This document shows positions 11,153 through 20,895 of a DNA stretch of 64,000 nt, one piece after another (the stretch's first letter is position 1; each line of letters starts with the position of its first letter). The position numbers were made by a program, and so were the translations under genes. Under the pieces are notes generated by a model. The model did not search any database, was not told where the DNA came from, and was given only the letters and a program-made list of their open reading frames with translations. The stretch is from an uncultured Candidatus Binatia bacterium (GTDB lineage Bacteria > Desulfobacterota > Binatia > UBA9968 > JAJDTQ01), in assembly GCA_965213675.1 (NCBI GenBank), contig OZ243916.1, forward strand, positions 1,184,001 to 1,248,000, written 5' to 3'.

Positions 11153-12253
11153 CTACACCCGCGCGGCCACCCAGTCGTGCATGAACGGGAAGATCTCGGC
11201 GTGGTTGTCGTAGGAGCAATGGACGGCGCCGGGCTCGCCGGCGCGGAGAAAGCGCAGTTCCTTCTCGCACCTGGCCTCGCTGTAGGTCTGGTGGGCGCAA
11301 CGTGGGTCGGTGATGATGTCGTCCTCCCCGTGGAGGATGAGGAGCGGGCACTCGACCTTCTCGATGCTGCCGGCCAGGGTGAACTCGCTCAGGCGGCGGC
11401 GCACTTCTTCCTCGGTGCTCGATCCCGTGATCCAGCGGAACTGTCCTCGGAGCGGCTCGTAGTACTCGTAAATGTCACGGAAGCAGTCGTAGGGGCCGAA
11501 GTGGGAAACGCAGCACCGCACGCGCTTCTCGTAGGCGGCGGCGCGGGTGACGTAGTAACCGCCCATGCTCATGCCCATGAGCGCCACGCGGTTCATATCG
11601 ACGTCGCCACGGGCTTCGAGGTAGTCCACCATGGCCGTGACCGGGCGCTCGAAGTCGGGGATGGCCAGGCTGTTGCGCAGCCGGAGCATTCCGCCGCGTC
11701 CGGGACCGTCGACGATGAGCAGAGCGAGACCGCGCTGGGCGGCCTCGGGGCCACCGACGAAGTAGACCTCCTCGGCGGTGGAGTCGGCGCCGCCGGTGTA
11801 GATCAGCACGGGCGGCTTGGGTCCGGCCGAGGGCGGGGCGTGAAAGAAATAGCCGGGCATGGCGGTGTCCTCGTAGGGCACCTCCACGCGCTCAATGCCG
11901 GGCGAGAGCGCCGCGGCGGCCTGGAAGCTCTTGGCGGACTTGCGGTAGGTGGGAACCTTGCGGTGGTCGGTGAAGGGCAGCAGGAACTCGGCCACCCGGT
12001 AGTAGTTGGAGGCGCGGAAGAAGGCCTTGATGGCGCTTTGCCCGTGGCCGGCAAGCTCTTGCTCGTGGCCGAAGGCGGCCACCCGTTCCGCGGTTGCGAG
12101 CCACTCGGCGTGCCAGCTCTCGATGTCGCCGGACTGGATGCGTTGCGCGGTGCGGTGGATCTCGTTGAAATCGCCGCCGCCGTAGTAGCTCTCGGCCAGC
12201 AGCCGGATGCACGCGAAGGACCAGCTTCGGTTCCCCGGGAAGAATTCGAACAT
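11153..12253 (-). CDS. Alpha/beta hydrolase (2,6-dihydropseudooxynicotine hydrolase/FrsA-like)
   Basis: RASNYYR, GGADSTAEE, DGPGRG, GMSMGG, HGEDD, C-terminal HC. Confidence 0.85.
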   Translation of the reverse strand: MFEFFPGNRSWSFACIRLLAESYYGGGDFNEIHRTAQRIQSGDIESWHAEWLATAERVAAFGHEQELAGHGQSAIKAFFRASNYYRVAEFLLPFTDHRKVPTYRKSAKSFQAAAALSPGIERVEVPYEDTAMPGYFFHAPPSAGPKPPVLIYTGGADSTAEEVYFVGGPEAAQRGLALLIVDGPGRGGMLRLRNSLAIPDFERPVTAMVDYLEARGDVDMNRVALMGMSMGGYYVTRAAAYEKRVRCCVSHFGPYDCFRDIYEYYEPLRGQFRWITGSSTEEEVRRRLSEFTLAGSIEKVECPLLILHGEDDIITDPRCAHQTYSEARCEKELRFLRAGEPGAVHCSYDNHAEIFPFMHDWVAARV

Positions 12254-12304
12254 GGCCCCTCGCGTCGTTCCGGCGCCGCCCGTTCAAACTACGGGTGTGG
12301 CTTC

Positions 12305-13345
12305 CTATTGATACAGCTTCTGAATGCGCGCCTTCCACTTGTCGCCGTTCTGGCTCACCTCGCGCGCGATGACCTGCGGCGTCGGGTCGAAGAACTTGAC
12401 CCCCGTCAGCTCCTTCTTCAGGGCATCCAGGGGATCCACGGTCTTGTCAGCCACAAGCAGACCTTCGTCCCTGAAGATAGACTGGCCCTCGGTGCTTACC
12501 AGGAAATCGACGAACAACTTGGCCGCGTTGGGATGGGGCGCGTGCTTGTGGATGGCCGCCATGTTGGGCCACCAGATCGCCGGTTCCCGGAAGGTGGAGT
12601 AGCCGAGGTCCGGATAGCTCCGCCCGAACGTGTAAGGCGTGTACGGCAGCGTGAAGATGCCCAGCGAGAACTCCTTGAGTCCCACCGCCGCGTGGAGTTG
12701 GCCCCACTTGGGCTCGTAGCGCCCGACGTTGGCCTTGAATTTCGTCCAGTAATCGGCCCACTTCTCCTCGTTCTCGCCGAACCACGCGTAGAAGGAAGCG
12801 ATATGCACGAGGTAATTGGAGCCCAGCCACGGCGTACGGGAAATGATCTTCCCCTTGTACTCGGGCTTGATCAAATCCTGGATGCTCCGGGGCGCCTTGT
12901 CCGGAGGCACCAGCTTCTTGTTGTAGGACGCCCCCACCACATGATTGAAGAGCGGGATCTGGTTCCACTCCTTGGGGAGCGGCTCCATGACGTGCGCCAC
13001 GCGCTCGTAACCGGCGGGCTTGTAAGGTTGGGTCCAGTGGTTGAGCCCGCTCAACGGTCCCGGCGAGGTGGCGAAAACGTCGATGGCGTGGATGCCCGCC
13101 TGGGTCTCCTGACTCACCTTGCGGAGAATGTCAGGCGCCCCCACATAGGTGCCCTCCACCCGGATGCCGTACTTCTTCTCAAAGGACTCGGCCGCCTTCT
13201 TGTAGCTGGAGAAGATGATGACCCGCAGCTTGCCTTCCTTTTTGGCCGCGGCCACCAGGTCCGCGCTTGAAGCCAGCGCCATGCCGGAAAAGCACAGTGC
13301 TGCGCCCAACGAGAATGCCAACGCCTTTGCAACCAAGCTTCGCAT
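12305..13345 (-). CDS. ABC transporter substrate-binding protein (Fe3+/thiamine-like)
   Basis: Signal peptide, AAKKEGKL, YNKKLV, APHPNAAKLFVDFLVSTEGQ. Confidence 0.85.
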   Translation of the reverse strand: MRSLVAKALAFSLGAALCFSGMALASSADLVAAAKKEGKLRVIIFSSYKKAAESFEKKYGIRVEGTYVGAPDILRKVSQETQAGIHAIDVFATSPGPLSGLNHWTQPYKPAGYERVAHVMEPLPKEWNQIPLFNHVVGASYNKKLVPPDKAPRSIQDLIKPEYKGKIISRTPWLGSNYLVHIASFYAWFGENEEKWADYWTKFKANVGRYEPKWGQLHAAVGLKEFSLGIFTLPYTPYTFGRSYPDLGYSTFREPAIWWPNMAAIHKHAPHPNAAKLFVDFLVSTEGQSIFRDEGLLVADKTVDPLDALKKELTGVKFFDPTPQVIAREVSQNGDKWKARIQKLYQ

Positions 13346-13688
13346 GAGAACCTCCCTTGATGGGTTGGAGAACGTGATGTGTGGCTATGAGAAGCTGCCT
13401 GTAGTTGAAACTTTCGGTTATGGTTCAAGCTTCTGGTTATACGCCACCCGTCAGTCGCGCCACCGACCAGTCGCCGAGACCGTGACTTGCCGCCACACTA
13501 TAGCGGCACGAGACAAGCGTCAAGGGCCGGAGGCGCGACGCCTCCCCTGGGTTCACTGGAGTTGGCGCCAGCAGGGACGTGGGTTGGCGCCCGCTGCGCG
13601 TCTGTGCGGTGGCGCCCACCGCGCGACGCCTGTACTGTTGCCCATGGACTTCAATGGCTACCGCGCCCATGAGTGAGGAGATGAATCG

Positions 13689-14714
13689 ATGCTACCAGAT
13701 GTAACCCCGGACGCTTGCCTGGCCAGTTTCCGTAAAATGCTCGTGATCCGGCGCCTGGAGGAAGCCTGTATCGTCGCCGCCCACGAAGGCAAGGTGCCCG
13801 GCCATTTCCACGTCTACATCGGCCAGGAAGCCACCGGCGTGGCGGTGATGGGCAATCTGAACGAGGACGATTACGTCTACAGCACGCACCGCAATCACGG
13901 GCATCTCGTCGCGCGGGGCGCCGATCCGAAAAAGGTCCTGGCCGAAATCATGACCCGGGAAACCGGCTATGCCGGCGGCAAGGCGGGCACGCTGCACGGC
14001 TGCGCGCCGGACCTCAACTTCCCGCTGAGTTCGGGCATCGTCGGCGGCATTCTGCCGATTGCGGTGGGCACGGCCTATGCGCTGCAGCACCGCAGGCAAC
14101 CCAACGTGGCCGCGGTCCTGTTCGGCGAGGGTGCGCTGGAGGAAGGGGCGGCCTTCGAAGCCATCAACCTCGCGTCGCTGTGGAAGCTGCCGGTCCTTTT
14201 CGTATGCGAGAACAACACCGCGGAGGTATCCCGCGTACCAGGCGGGTCCCAGTACCACGCGCCCAATCTGTGTGTCGAAAGCCTGACCGGCTACGCCGAG
14301 ACCATGGGTTTGCGTGCGGTTGCGGTCGATGGCGTGGACCTCGGTGCGGTATGGGCGGCCGCCAGGGCCGCCAGGGAACGCGCCGTCAACGGCGAAGGCG
14401 CCACCTTCATCGAGGTGCGCACCGTCACCTGGCCGGGCGGACAGTGGCCAACCCTGGCGACGGGCATCACCGATATCCGCCACGTCTGGAACGACGAGAT
14501 TCCGGCGGAGTTCGCCCATCGCGAAGCCTGGTTCAAGCGCAACGACCCGGTCTTGGGCATCGGCCGCGCACTCATGGCCGGCGGCGTGATCGATCGGGCC
14601 GGCCTGGAAAAGCTCGATGCCGAGATACGGGAGGAAATGGCGCAGGTGGTGGCCTTCTGCAACCAGAGCCCGTTCCCCTCGGTGGAGACCGCCACGACCC
14701 ATGTCTGGCCCTGA
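13689..14714 (+). CDS. TPP-dependent dehydrogenase E1 alpha-like subunit
   Basis: HVYIGQEA, STHRNHGH, FGEGA...NLASLWKLPVLFVCENN. Confidence 0.9.
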   Translation: MLPDVTPDACLASFRKMLVIRRLEEACIVAAHEGKVPGHFHVYIGQEATGVAVMGNLNEDDYVYSTHRNHGHLVARGADPKKVLAEIMTRETGYAGGKAGTLHGCAPDLNFPLSSGIVGGILPIAVGTAYALQHRRQPNVAAVLFGEGALEEGAAFEAINLASLWKLPVLFVCENNTAEVSRVPGGSQYHAPNLCVESLTGYAETMGLRAVAVDGVDLGAVWAAARAARERAVNGEGATFIEVRTVTWPGGQWPTLATGITDIRHVWNDEIPAEFAHREAWFKRNDPVLGIGRALMAGGVIDRAGLEKLDAEIREEMAQVVAFCNQSPFPSVETATTHVWP

Positions 14715-14745
14715 TCAGAAGGAACCTCACCGAAGGAACATTACG

Positions 14746-15711
14746 ATGGCGGAAATCACATTTGGCGAAGCGAAGGTCAAGGCGGTCGGCGACATCATGC
14801 GCGCGGACGAGCGTGTGGTGGTGATCGGCGGAGCCGGGTTCGGCGGATTGGAACATGCCGCCAAGGTCAAACCGCTGATCGACGAGTTCGATGCGCGAAT
14901 CCTGCGCACGCCCATCGCCGAGCTGGGCTATTGCGGCATGGGTGTGGGCGCGGCCATCGCGGGCCTCTATCCCATCGTCACCATCGGCACCGGCAGCTTC
15001 GCCTTCGAGGCCTGGCCGCAGATCGTCAACGAAGCGCCCAACATCTTCTATATGAGCGACGGCAAAGTGAAGGCGCCCGTGATGTTCCATGCCGTCGGCG
15101 GCATACGCATTTCCGGCGCTGCGCAGCATTCGGCGCGCCCGCAGGCCATGCTCATGCAGGCCGCCGGCCTGCAGATCATCGCGCCGTCGGTGGCCTCCGA
15201 CGTGAAAGGACTGCTCACGGCGGCCAAGGAAAGCGAACGCCCCACCTTCTGGATCGACCACGCCCAGCTGTTCGAGGAAACCTGGCCCGAAGCAGGCGAC
15301 TCGCCGCCCCTGGGCAAGGCGGCGGTGTTGCGCAGCGGAAAAGACGTGACCCTGGTGGGCTATTCCATCGACCTCGTCCGTTGCGTCAAGGCGGCGCGGG
15401 AACTGGCCGTCGCGGGCATCGAGGCGGAGGTCATCGATCTCAGGACGCTGGCGCCGCTGGACCGGGAAACCATTCTGGAGTCGGTGGGCCGCACCGGACG
15501 GCTGGTGGTCGCCGACGAATGCTATCCCGCCGCCAGCGTCGCGTCCGAGGTCGCCAGCATCTTTGCCGACGAGGGGCTGGGCCTGCTCAGGAAGCCGGTC
15601 AAGCGGCTCAACTTCCCACCCGTCCCGGTCCCCGCCAGCCCACCCCTCGAAGCGCATCTGATTCCAGGCGTGGACAAGATCGTCGCCGCGGCCAAGGCGC
15701 TGGTCGCATAA
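14746..15711 (+). CDS. TPP-dependent dehydrogenase E1 beta-like subunit
   Basis: [29 protein letters not shown]. Confidence 0.9.
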   Translation: MAEITFGEAKVKAVGDIMRADERVVVIGGAGFGGLEHAAKVKPLIDEFDARILRTPIAELGYCGMGVGAAIAGLYPIVTIGTGSFAFEAWPQIVNEAPNIFYMSDGKVKAPVMFHAVGGIRISGAAQHSARPQAMLMQAAGLQIIAPSVASDVKGLLTAAKESERPTFWIDHAQLFEETWPEAGDSPPLGKAAVLRSGKDVTLVGYSIDLVRCVKAARELAVAGIEAEVIDLRTLAPLDRETILESVGRTGRLVVADECYPAASVASEVASIFADEGLGLLRKPVKRLNFPPVPVPASPPLEAHLIPGVDKIVAAAKALVA

Positions 15712-15714
15712 CGC

Positions 15715-15820
15715 CCTGTTTGGCGATAACGAGGGGAACACGGTTGGCCAGCATGACACCGCCGGCGCCGACCCGGATGGTTGCGGTTGCCTGGGCGACC
15801 TGGCCAAACACCACCTCTCC
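15715..15820 (-). pseudogene. Short remnant of an LLM/luciferase-like monooxygenase gene
   Basis: [33 protein letters not shown] closely matches the intact gene at 27292-28332 ([33 protein letters not shown]). Confidence 0.75.
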
Positions 15821-16008
15821 TTGGCGGTATTCCCGGCCAGCCACATGTACGCGAGAGTCCTGACACGGTCGTCCTTGACCTCGTGACCTCCATGATAGCG
15901 ATGGCGGCAATCATTCTGAACTGGACGAGGAGCCCAACCGCGATGTTCGCCGGGACGGTCACCGGCAGCGTCATCAGGCCGCCATGAACCGGCGCTCTTG
16001 CCGGTCCG

Positions 16009-16893
16009 TTACGACACGAAAGCCGTCGACAGGTCCACCCTGCCCTCCAGGCGGCCGGTTTCGATGAGCATCTCCATGGTGGCTTCCGCTTCCCGGCGCT
16101 CGGTGTCGGTGAAGGTGAACTCGATCCTGGGGTAGCCGGCGGAGGCGAGGATGTCGTGCTTTTCGCCGCCGTATTTCGCGATGAACTGGTCGGCGACTTC
16201 TTCGAGGTGGGCGTCGCTGTAGGCGATGGACTTGCGGCAGGCATCGAGGATCTGGCCGGCGAACTCGGGGTGTTCCTGCAGCAGGTCCTCGCGGGTGGCG
16301 AGCATGTGCTTGATGATCTCGGGGAGGCCGTGGAGGCCGCGCCAGGCGTCGCCGTCGGTGTAGAGGCAGCGCACATCCGGGTCCTTCTCGCCATGCCAGA
16401 AGACCTGGTCGATGAGGGTCACGGCGTCGGCCTTGCGCTCCTTGAGGATGGCCAGAAGCTCTTCCTGGGGATGGGACTCCCAGCGGATGGTGGCGTCGTC
16501 CACCTTGTAGTGCTTGCGCAGGAGGTAGCAGTGCATGGCGTGGGGGTCGGAATGGTGGCTGGCGATGAGCCGACCTTCCAGGTCCTTGGGCGTTTGCACC
16601 GGGCCGTCCTTGAGCACGAAGACGCCGTTGCCCTTGGCGGTGGATTTCCACTCGGTGGACAGGCCGACGATGGGCGCGCCGCCGAGCTTGCGCTTGAGAA
16701 AGTTGGGCAAATAGACGTTGGCGAACGCCACCTCGCCCCGGATGAGCACCTCTTCCAGCTCGTGGCTGGGCGGATCGGCCACCTCGATGACCTTCAGGTC
16801 GAAGCCTTCGGGCTTCACGATGCCGGCGGCCAGGGCGTAGTAGGTGCGGAACATGCAGAAACGGTTGCGATAGTGTGCGAGTGTCAGCTCCAT
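16009..16893 (-). CDS. NMT1/SsuA/MqnA-like substrate-binding protein
   Basis: Periplasmic-binding-fold pattern (PVQTPKDLEG, ADAVTLID, DLLQEHPE); AGGAG RBS. Confidence 0.7.
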   Translation of the reverse strand: MELTLAHYRNRFCMFRTYYALAAGIVKPEGFDLKVIEVADPPSHELEEVLIRGEVAFANVYLPNFLKRKLGGAPIVGLSTEWKSTAKGNGVFVLKDGPVQTPKDLEGRLIASHHSDPHAMHCYLLRKHYKVDDATIRWESHPQEELLAILKERKADAVTLIDQVFWHGEKDPDVRCLYTDGDAWRGLHGLPEIIKHMLATREDLLQEHPEFAGQILDACRKSIAYSDAHLEEVADQFIAKYGGEKHDILASAGYPRIEFTFTDTERREAEATMEMLIETGRLEGRVDLSTAFVS

Positions 16894-16995
16894 GAGAACT
16901 CCTGGCGGCGGCGCCTCGGCGCGCCGCCGTCTCCAACGGAAACGGGCGGCCCGTGCGTCACGCCCGGCCGCCCGCTTCTACCTTGTCAATGGGAA

Positions 16996-18234
16996 TCAGT
17001 CCAAACCGAGTTCCGCGCGCGTCCTGCTGCAAATGTCCAGGGCCGCGAGCGCGTACACGCTGCTGCAGCGGATCATGTTGTTGATGCCCACGCCCCGGCG
17101 GGTGCCGGACGGCCGGTCCCACTCGGCGCCGGTCTCCTGTTCGTCCGGATCCACCAAGTGGGTGCCGAAGCCCGCACCGTAGGTGATGACGGACACGCCG
17201 TACTGATTGATGCGCGAGCCGTCGCTGGTGATGCCGTAGCGCACCGGTTCCGAGAACTGCATGTCGCTGCCGTTGACCTCCTTGTGGGCCGCGCCCATGG
17301 CCTGGACCACGTAGTCGGTCTCGGGGATTTCGTAGCCGCCGGTGGTGAGGTACAGCTTCACGCGGGTATCGATGTCCCCTTCCCTGGCCGCGACGGCGGC
17401 GGCGACCTTCTCCAGCTCCCGCTGGATCTTCATGGTGGGCACGTCGGGCAGCGTCTTGACGATGACGTAGATCTTGCACACCGGATTGGTGCCGGGCTTG
17501 AACGGGTTGCCGCCGTCGATGGCGCCGATCTGCACGGTGGGCAGCATGAACGGGTGCGGGAACAGCTTCTGGTAATCGGCCTCCCACGCCTGGATCGCCT
17601 TGCACACCTCGAACGCCTTCATGACGAAGGTCTTGGCCGGCCCCTCCACGGTCACCTCGGCCCACACCAGGCCGGCGTTGCCGATCTGCATGCGCAGGCC
17701 GGTGGGCTCGCCGATGATGCACATATCGGCGGTGACGCCGTGGTCCATGAGATAGCGCGCGCCCACGCCCGCGCCCCGGTAGCTCTTGCCGTAAAAGCGG
17801 TTGACCTGGGCCTTCTCGATCTCGCCCACCACGCCCGAGATGACGACGTCACCCTTGAGCTCCACCCCCGCCTTGACGAGCATGTCCACCGCGGTGACGT
17901 AGCAGGGGAATGCGCACTTCATGTTGACCAAGCCGCGCCCGTAGACCCGGTCCTCGGTCACGCGGGTGGGCTCGGGGTTGTCGAAATGGTCCATGTGGCC
18001 GTTGAACATCAGTGTCGGCCCGCCACCCGACCCGCGCAGCGTGCCGATGACGTTCTTCCGTCCCTCTTCCACCTCCTGGTACTCCACTTCCATGCCCAGA
18101 CGCTCGAACTCGCGCCCCAGGTATTCCGCCACCGGGACTTCCTCGCCGGTGATGGTGACGATGTCCGCGAGGTCCCGCGTCATCTCCACCAGGTGCGCGC
18201 GGTCAAGTTGTGCCAAAACGTGCTTGCTATCCAT
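16996..18234 (-). CDS. M20/ArgE-DapE family metallo-hydrolase (divergent)
   Basis: TGEE, LMFNGHMD, YGRGLVNMK, GEIE, IIGEPT. Confidence 0.85.
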   Translation of the reverse strand: MDSKHVLAQLDRAHLVEMTRDLADIVTITGEEVPVAEYLGREFERLGMEVEYQEVEEGRKNVIGTLRGSGGGPTLMFNGHMDHFDNPEPTRVTEDRVYGRGLVNMKCAFPCYVTAVDMLVKAGVELKGDVVISGVVGEIEKAQVNRFYGKSYRGAGVGARYLMDHGVTADMCIIGEPTGLRMQIGNAGLVWAEVTVEGPAKTFVMKAFEVCKAIQAWEADYQKLFPHPFMLPTVQIGAIDGGNPFKPGTNPVCKIYVIVKTLPDVPTMKIQRELEKVAAAVAAREGDIDTRVKLYLTTGGYEIPETDYVVQAMGAAHKEVNGSDMQFSEPVRYGITSDGSRINQYGVSVITYGAGFGTHLVDPDEQETGAEWDRPSGTRRGVGINNMIRCSSVYALAALDICSRTRAELGLD

Positions 18235-18277
18235 CTGATTGAACCTCCTCCATGCATGACGCGGCGCAACGCGCGCG

Positions 18278-18673
18278 TCAGTCCTTTTCGTGCTTCAGGG
18301 ACACCGAGTTGATGCAGTATCTCAGATACGTCGGTGCCGGCCCGTCATCGAAAACATGCCCGAGATGGGCATCACATACGCTGCACAGGACCTCCACCCG
18401 GCGCATGCCGAAGGTGTAGTCCTCCTCGGTGGCAACGTTCGCTTCATTCACCGGCGCCCAGAAGCTCGGCCAACCGGTGCCGGATTCGAATTTGGCGGCG
18501 GCATCGAAAAGGTCCGTGCCGCAGCACACGCAACGGTACACGCCGGGATCCTTGCTGGCGTGGTACCTGCCGGTGAACGGCCTCTCCGTGGCCCCCCTGC
18601 GCGTCACCTGGAATTCCTCGCGGGTGAGCTGCTGGCGCCACTCCTCGTCGGTCTTGACGACTTTCTCGCTCAT
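18278..18673 (-). CDS. msrB: Peptide-methionine (R)-S-oxide reductase
   Basis: TERPF, CVCC, KFESGTGWPSF, HLGHVFDDGP, RYCINS. Confidence 0.97.
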   Translation of the reverse strand: MSEKVVKTDEEWRQQLTREEFQVTRRGATERPFTGRYHASKDPGVYRCVCCGTDLFDAAAKFESGTGWPSFWAPVNEANVATEEDYTFGMRRVEVLCSVCDAHLGHVFDDGPAPTYLRYCINSVSLKHEKD

Positions 18674-18934
18674 GGAACGGCTTCCTCCCGGAACCCTGCG
18701 CCCGCGGTCCGTGTTCAGGCCTCATCGGCGTTCATGATTTCAACCATAACGCGAAACACCGATCATTTGTACCGGAAGGCTTCGCCCCGGCCGGGGCTTC
18801 CACGGACCCGAGCCTTCCGGTCGTCTGCGCCATGAAAAGCTGCCGCGTTACAGGCGGACATCTCTGGTGGCATCCTTCGGGTTCGCAGGGCCAGGTCGAA
18901 TGATGCCAGCCATATCCGCGGCGCAGGCTACTGG

Positions 18935-19089
18935 GAGCCTGTCGGGATTATCGAATCGTAGCGAGAGGCCGAGAAAGGCCAGTTTCGGGCGGATTTGAGG
19001 AGAATATTGGTAATATCGGACGAAAATCCAACCGGGAATGGACCCATTTCCCTGCCTCGCAGCAGATTCCTGATAAACCCGACAGGCTC
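18935..19089. mobile_element. MITE-like element, copy 2 (inverted relative to copy 1)
   Basis: Same TIRs; flanked on both sides by CTGG (18931-18934 and 19090-19093), a candidate 4-bp target duplication. Confidence 0.8.
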
Positions 19090-19107
19090 CTGGGAATCGG
19101 CCCGTCT

Positions 19108-20013
19108 TCAGCGCAGGAACAGCAGCGCCGTGCCCATGACAACGGCTGCCGCCCCCGCCGCGAGCTTCCAGTTGACCGACTCGTGGGCCTGGAGGAAGAG
19201 CCACGAGATCAGCAACACGAAGAGCGGCCGCGTTTGCGCGATGGGCTGCACCACCACCACCGGCGCGTGCCTGAGGGCGAAATAGCCGCAGGTGGTGCCG
19301 ATGGCGGAGACCAGTCCCACCAGCCAGAGGTAGCCCCAGTGCCGGGGCGTCCAGTCCGTCACGCTGCGCAGGGGCCGGCTCGCGACGGCGGGCAGAAAGC
19401 TCGGCAGTGCGATCAGGCTGGCATAGAAGTTAGCCCCCAGCGGCGAAGAGAACTCGTGCACCACGAGCCGGGTGAGGGCCGCGGACAGCGCCATGGCGAA
19501 GGCGCTGCCCAAGGCGAGCCCCATGCCCGCGGCGTACCGGGCCCAGGTCTGAGCCGCCGCCCCCCGGTCCCGGCTCATGGCCACCAGCACGCAGCCGCCC
19601 ACCACCAGCACGGCACCGGCCGTGAGCAGGGCCGTCAACTCCTCCGCCAGGATAACCACGCCCAGAAACATGGCGAAAAACACGTTGGTGGCGCTGAAGC
19701 TGCTGGAGCGCGCCACGCCGATGTACTTGATGGCCGTGAACAGCGTGGTGCGGCCCACGGTGATGCGCAGGATGCCGGCCGCGCCGATCACAAACAACGG
19801 CCAGCCCCACCCCGGAAAGCCCGCGTGCAGGTCGCCGTTCAGCAACGCCGCGCACGTCAACACCACGAGCCCGGTGAAAGCGGTGGCCGCGGTGCCCAGC
19901 ACCGGATCGATGTCGTGGGTCGCCATGCGCCCGAAGATGTCACGCAACGCCAGGAAAAACGCCGTGCCCATGGCATAGACGAGGGCGATGTCCATGGACG
20001 TGAGATGTAACAC
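19108..20013 (-). CDS. DMT/EamA family transporter
   Basis: About 10 TM segments in two EamA repeats (GVVILAEEL, SWLFLQAHE). Confidence 0.9.
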   Translation of the reverse strand: MLHLTSMDIALVYAMGTAFFLALRDIFGRMATHDIDPVLGTAATAFTGLVVLTCAALLNGDLHAGFPGWGWPLFVIGAAGILRITVGRTTLFTAIKYIGVARSSSFSATNVFFAMFLGVVILAEELTALLTAGAVLVVGGCVLVAMSRDRGAAAQTWARYAAGMGLALGSAFAMALSAALTRLVVHEFSSPLGANFYASLIALPSFLPAVASRPLRSVTDWTPRHWGYLWLVGLVSAIGTTCGYFALRHAPVVVVQPIAQTRPLFVLLISWLFLQAHESVNWKLAAGAAAVVMGTALLFLR

Positions 20014-20063
20014 GCCTGATGAGATTCGTAACCAACCGGGCCAACCACAGTGTCGCCTGGCGT

Positions 20064-20160
20064 TGTCATTCCGGTCCCCTTCCCGTCATTCCCGTCCCCA
20101 CTGTCCCGTCATTCCCGCAAAAGCTTGCCCTCGACACCGATCGGGGGCGGGAATCCAGGG
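20064..20160. repeat. REP-like palindrome family A (GTCATTCCCGC...GCGGGAATCCAG)
   Basis: Related units at 47471, 49647-49803 and 55857-55972. Confidence 0.75.
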
Positions 20161-20391
20161 ATGGAGAGGCGCCAATCGGACAGGGTATGACGCCACGGGA
20201 AATGCAAGTTTGTCACGCCCCCCTGAATTACCGGGCCGAAATTTCATTCTCACATCAATGACGGGACGGAGAGGACGGGAACGGTTCCGAGGTCGGTCCG
20301 GAGGCCCAAATGAGATTTGCCGGTGTCGAAGCTCCGTTGATAGTGTGCTATACCGCACCCAATTCAACGCGGCGGCAGGACGGGAGCGTAC

Positions 20392-20853
20392 ATGAACTTC
20401 GAAGGTACGATTACGGTAGAACACGGCAGGGATGCGGTGTGGGACTTCGTGCTGGACATCGACAAATTCTCGGCGTGCATGCCGGGGCTGGATTCCATCC
20501 ACCGCATCGACGACACCACCTTCGAAGGCGTCATCAGCGCCAAGGTGGGACCCATGGCGGGGAAGTTCAGTTTCCGCTCCACCATCACGGACCAGAACCC
20601 CAAGGAATCCCTCACCGTGCGCATCGACGGCAACGACTCCGTGACCAAAAGCTCGGTCGTGGCCGGCGTGGACGCGCGCATGGAGGCGCCACGGGGAAAT
20701 TGCACGGAGCTCCATTACAAGGCGCACGTGGAAATCAAGGGGCGCCTGGCCATTGTCGGCGACATGATCCTGCGCGCCACCACATCGCTCATCCTGGAAG
20801 AGTTCCGCAAGCGCCTTGGCAAGGCGCTGGACGAAGAGGCCGCCAAGGCCTGA
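20392..20853 (+). CDS. CoxG/SRPBCC family protein
   Basis: VWDFVLD...ACMPG, AKVGP, GRLAIVG. Confidence 0.85.
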   Translation: MNFEGTITVEHGRDAVWDFVLDIDKFSACMPGLDSIHRIDDTTFEGVISAKVGPMAGKFSFRSTITDQNPKESLTVRIDGNDSVTKSSVVAGVDARMEAPRGNCTELHYKAHVEIKGRLAIVGDMILRATTSLILEEFRKRLGKALDEEAAKA

Positions 20854-20895
20854 AGCGCGACCCGCGCGACGAACAGGCAGGAAAGGATCGTATTC

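Noticed and set aside
11177-18312. Long opposite-strand ORFs (11177-13270, 16156-18312; also 20086-21906, 57558-59471, 61138-63270)
   Set aside because: Antisense shadows of well-supported genes in high-GC DNA, with no recognisable motifs.
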